DNA of 64,000 bases from NCBI GenBank assembly GCA_021108325.1, contig JAIORB010000038.1, forward strand, positions 17,217 to 81,216, read 5' to 3'. How positions within the stretch are numbered: position 1 is the first letter of the stretch; each line of letters starts with the position of its first letter. Positions 62,797 to 64,000 of the stretch are shown here, in pieces. Below the pieces are notes generated by a model. The model was not told the origin of the DNA. It did not search any database and saw only the letters and a program-made list of their open reading frames with translations. This DNA is from Bacteroidales bacterium (GTDB taxonomy: Bacteria > Bacteroidota > Bacteroidia > Bacteroidales > UBA12077). The translations under genes and the position numbers were made by a program.

Positions 62797-62885
62797 TTTC
62801 CAGTGTAAACCGTCGTACAGATTCCAGTGTAAGCTGCTGTGTAATATTCAGTATAAGCTGACGTGTAATTTCCAGTGTAAAGCAC
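62797..62885 (-). promoter_or_regulatory. four tandem ~24-nt direct repeats (TTACACTGGAA core) immediately upstream of Fic-509
   Basis: Minus strand: tttacactggaaattacacgtcagc / ttatactgaatattacacagcagc / ttacactggaatctgtacgacgg / tttacactggaaatatcac, ending 34 nt before the ATG at 62763. Confidence 0.55.
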
Positions 62886-63529
62886 AAAAATAGTGAATTA
62901 TTATATATTATGGCATATTCTCATAAAAAACATTCAAAAATAGACTACTATCCACCCCTTACCAATCCATTACGAACCCAATAAAAAAACTCCTGGTTTT
63001 AAAACTTGATTGGGTTTATTATATTATTTTAAGGCCAAAATATAACCAAACATTAAAAAAAGAAATATTTGATGTTTGGTGTTGCGATATATTATAAATA
63101 GTCAAACACAAAATATAAGTAATCCGATAGAATATTTTCCTAAGATGTAAAATTTATTTTAACCGAAGATTCTTCTGTGATTAAAATTAAAAAGCAATAA
63201 ATACCAATTCCTTACGAAATCCCAATAAAAAAAGACTCCTAGTTTCCTAGAAGTCTTTTATGTCACGCGGTATTCCAAGATGAAAATCTCTTATAGAATT
63301 TTAGTTAAGGTTAAATATTAAAATTAGTGATTGTCAGTATTTTAGACTAACTTCGCAATTCTAAATTTTTCTAAGAATTAAATGTTATTTCTATAGTAAT
63401 AAGATTCCTAAATTAAGAGGAAATAATAATTAACTTATAATCAATAGATAGTTAGACTAAATTTTCTCAATAGCCTTTAGTAATAGAAATGGTGATAGTT
63501 AATTTAAATTAATTGAAAGGATAAATCAT

Positions 63530-63694
63530 ATGCGTGAAAAAAAGCCGAATAATTTCCCGTCACCCAATTTGAATAATTTGCAAAGAGTTGCGATTGATCA
63601 CAAAACAGTAATCTTTATTGCAGTGGGAGCTGATCCAGAAAAAGCCAAGCGTCGTTATTTAGAGCAAATTAATAGTAAATTTGTTAAAAAGTGA
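63530..63694 (+). CDS. possible 54-aa small protein
   Basis: ATG preceded by gaaaggataaatcat. It encodes MREKKPNNFPSPNLNNLQRVAIDHKTVIFIAVGADPEKAKRRYLEQINSKFVKK. It is below the track cutoff and no motif was recognised. Confidence 0.25.
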   Translation: MREKKPNNFPSPNLNNLQRVAIDHKTVIFIAVGADPEKAKRRYLEQINSKFVKK

Positions 63695-63849
63695 CAATAG
63701 ATATCGATGTTTAGAATAAAGTTTTTATTTGGAACTACTTGAGAAATTTATTGAATTTAGATTAAATACCATTCATATTCACAATTCCCTTACGACCAAT
63801 AAAAAAAGGAGTCAGATCAAAATAATCTAACTCCTTTTCTAAAAGCCTG

Positions 63850-63923
63850 TGGGCCCACCTGGGCTCGAACCAGGGACCCCCTGATTATGAGTCAGGTGCT
63901 CTAACCAGCTGAGCTATGGGCCC
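63850..63923 (-). tRNA. tRNA with CAT anticodon (elongator Met or lysidine-type Ile2; not initiator)
   Basis: Reverse complement is GGGCCCATAGCTCAGCTGGTTAGAGCACCTGACTCATAATCAGGGGGTCCCTGGTTCGAGCCCAGGTGGGCCCA. It has a 7-bp acceptor stem, D, anticodon (CT-CAT-AA) and T (GGTTCGAGCC) arms. G1-C72 is paired and there are no GGG/CCC anticodon-stem pairs. C4-G69/C5-G68 are as in tRNA-Ile2. No encoded CCA. Confidence 0.85.
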
Positions 63924-64000
63924 GATTTATCATATGATAAATTTCGGATTGCAATATTAACGAAATGTTATTAAATACGCAATAGTTTTCAAAAAAAAGC

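Larger units (their letters stand above)
61156..63845. mobile_element. putative degenerate tRNA-targeted islet 2 (Fic-509 cassette plus small units)
   Basis: Flanked by the tRNA remnant (61068-61155) and the intact tRNA 3' end (63846-). No integrase in the window. Confidence 0.4.

Noticed and set aside
62797-62885. Possible CRISPR array, or a repeat-peptide ORF (the plus frame reads YFQCKPSYRFQCKLLCNIQYKLTCNFQCKAQK).
   Set aside because: The repeats are contiguous with no unique spacers, there are only four units, and no cas genes are present, so this is not CRISPR. The open frame has no start codon after the preceding TGA (62792-62794) and no ribosome-binding context.
59582-63853. Integron cassette array, with the hairpin modules acting as attC sites.
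   Set aside because: No intI gene is in the window, and the cassette genes have mixed orientations and their own promoters. The modules also lack recognisable R''/R' (RYYYAAC/GTTRRRY) core sites. They look like terminator-type hairpins. This is kept only as a remote alternative.
1-64000. Prophage, integrase or transposase genes, CRISPR-cas, rRNA genes, or defence-system gene sets.
   Set aside because: No ORF in the window shows integrase, transposase, Cas, restriction-modification or phage structural motifs recognisable by eye, and no rRNA-like sequence was seen. The only mobile signatures are the decayed tRNA-associated islets and the small palindromic repeats.

Overview
AT-rich, Bacteroidota-like chromosomal window, judged from T9SS C-terminal sorting domains, a Y_Y_Y sensor kinase with a LytTR regulator, many lipoproteins and few Shine-Dalgarno sites. 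I can support about 52 protein genes, one tRNA(CAT), one tRNA remnant, about ten intrinsic terminators and several families of short palindromic or direct repeats. The region 0.2-25 kb is mostly housekeeping (ribE, rnr, M16 peptidase, ubiX, cobB, dnaG), plus a sensor kinase/LytTR pair beside a 1064-aa secreted papain-family protease. The stand-out is a tightly packed 15-gene minus-strand operon at 26.07-37.65 kb. In transcription order it encodes TusA and YeeE (thiosulfate-uptake type), then four exported rhodanese proteins and a porin. Two of those rhodaneses end in a SoxY-type GGCGG-COOH tail. Next come two DsrE3-like (COG2210) proteins and a second TusA. The operon ends with an MvhD-like protein, two HdrA/QmoA-type flavoproteins, a small wHTH protein and a QmoC-like (HdrC::cytochrome-b) membrane subunit. 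No known terminal sulfur enzyme (Apr/Sat, Dsr, Sox, HdrB, Psr/Phs) lies in or next to the operon. It is flanked by two Crp/Fnr regulators, one with the exact FNR C-X2-C-X5-C motif, and by a CoA-disulfide-reductase-type flavoprotein. I consider this the best candidate for an undescribed system: periplasmic sulfane/thiosulfate capture on a rhodanese-borne swinging-arm cysteine, coupled to a quinone-linked Qmo/Hdr-like complex. The rest of the window holds an RND efflux triad and pstSCAB with a porin. It also holds an accD-accA-(5S carboxyltransferase::BCCP) operon with no biotin carboxylase, a possible ATP-independent transcarboxylase. At 59.6-63.9 kb two Fic-toxin genes sit in tandem islets next to the tRNA, delimited by a duplicated tRNA 3' segment and repeated hairpin modules. 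All functional calls come from motif recognition by eye; no database search was possible.
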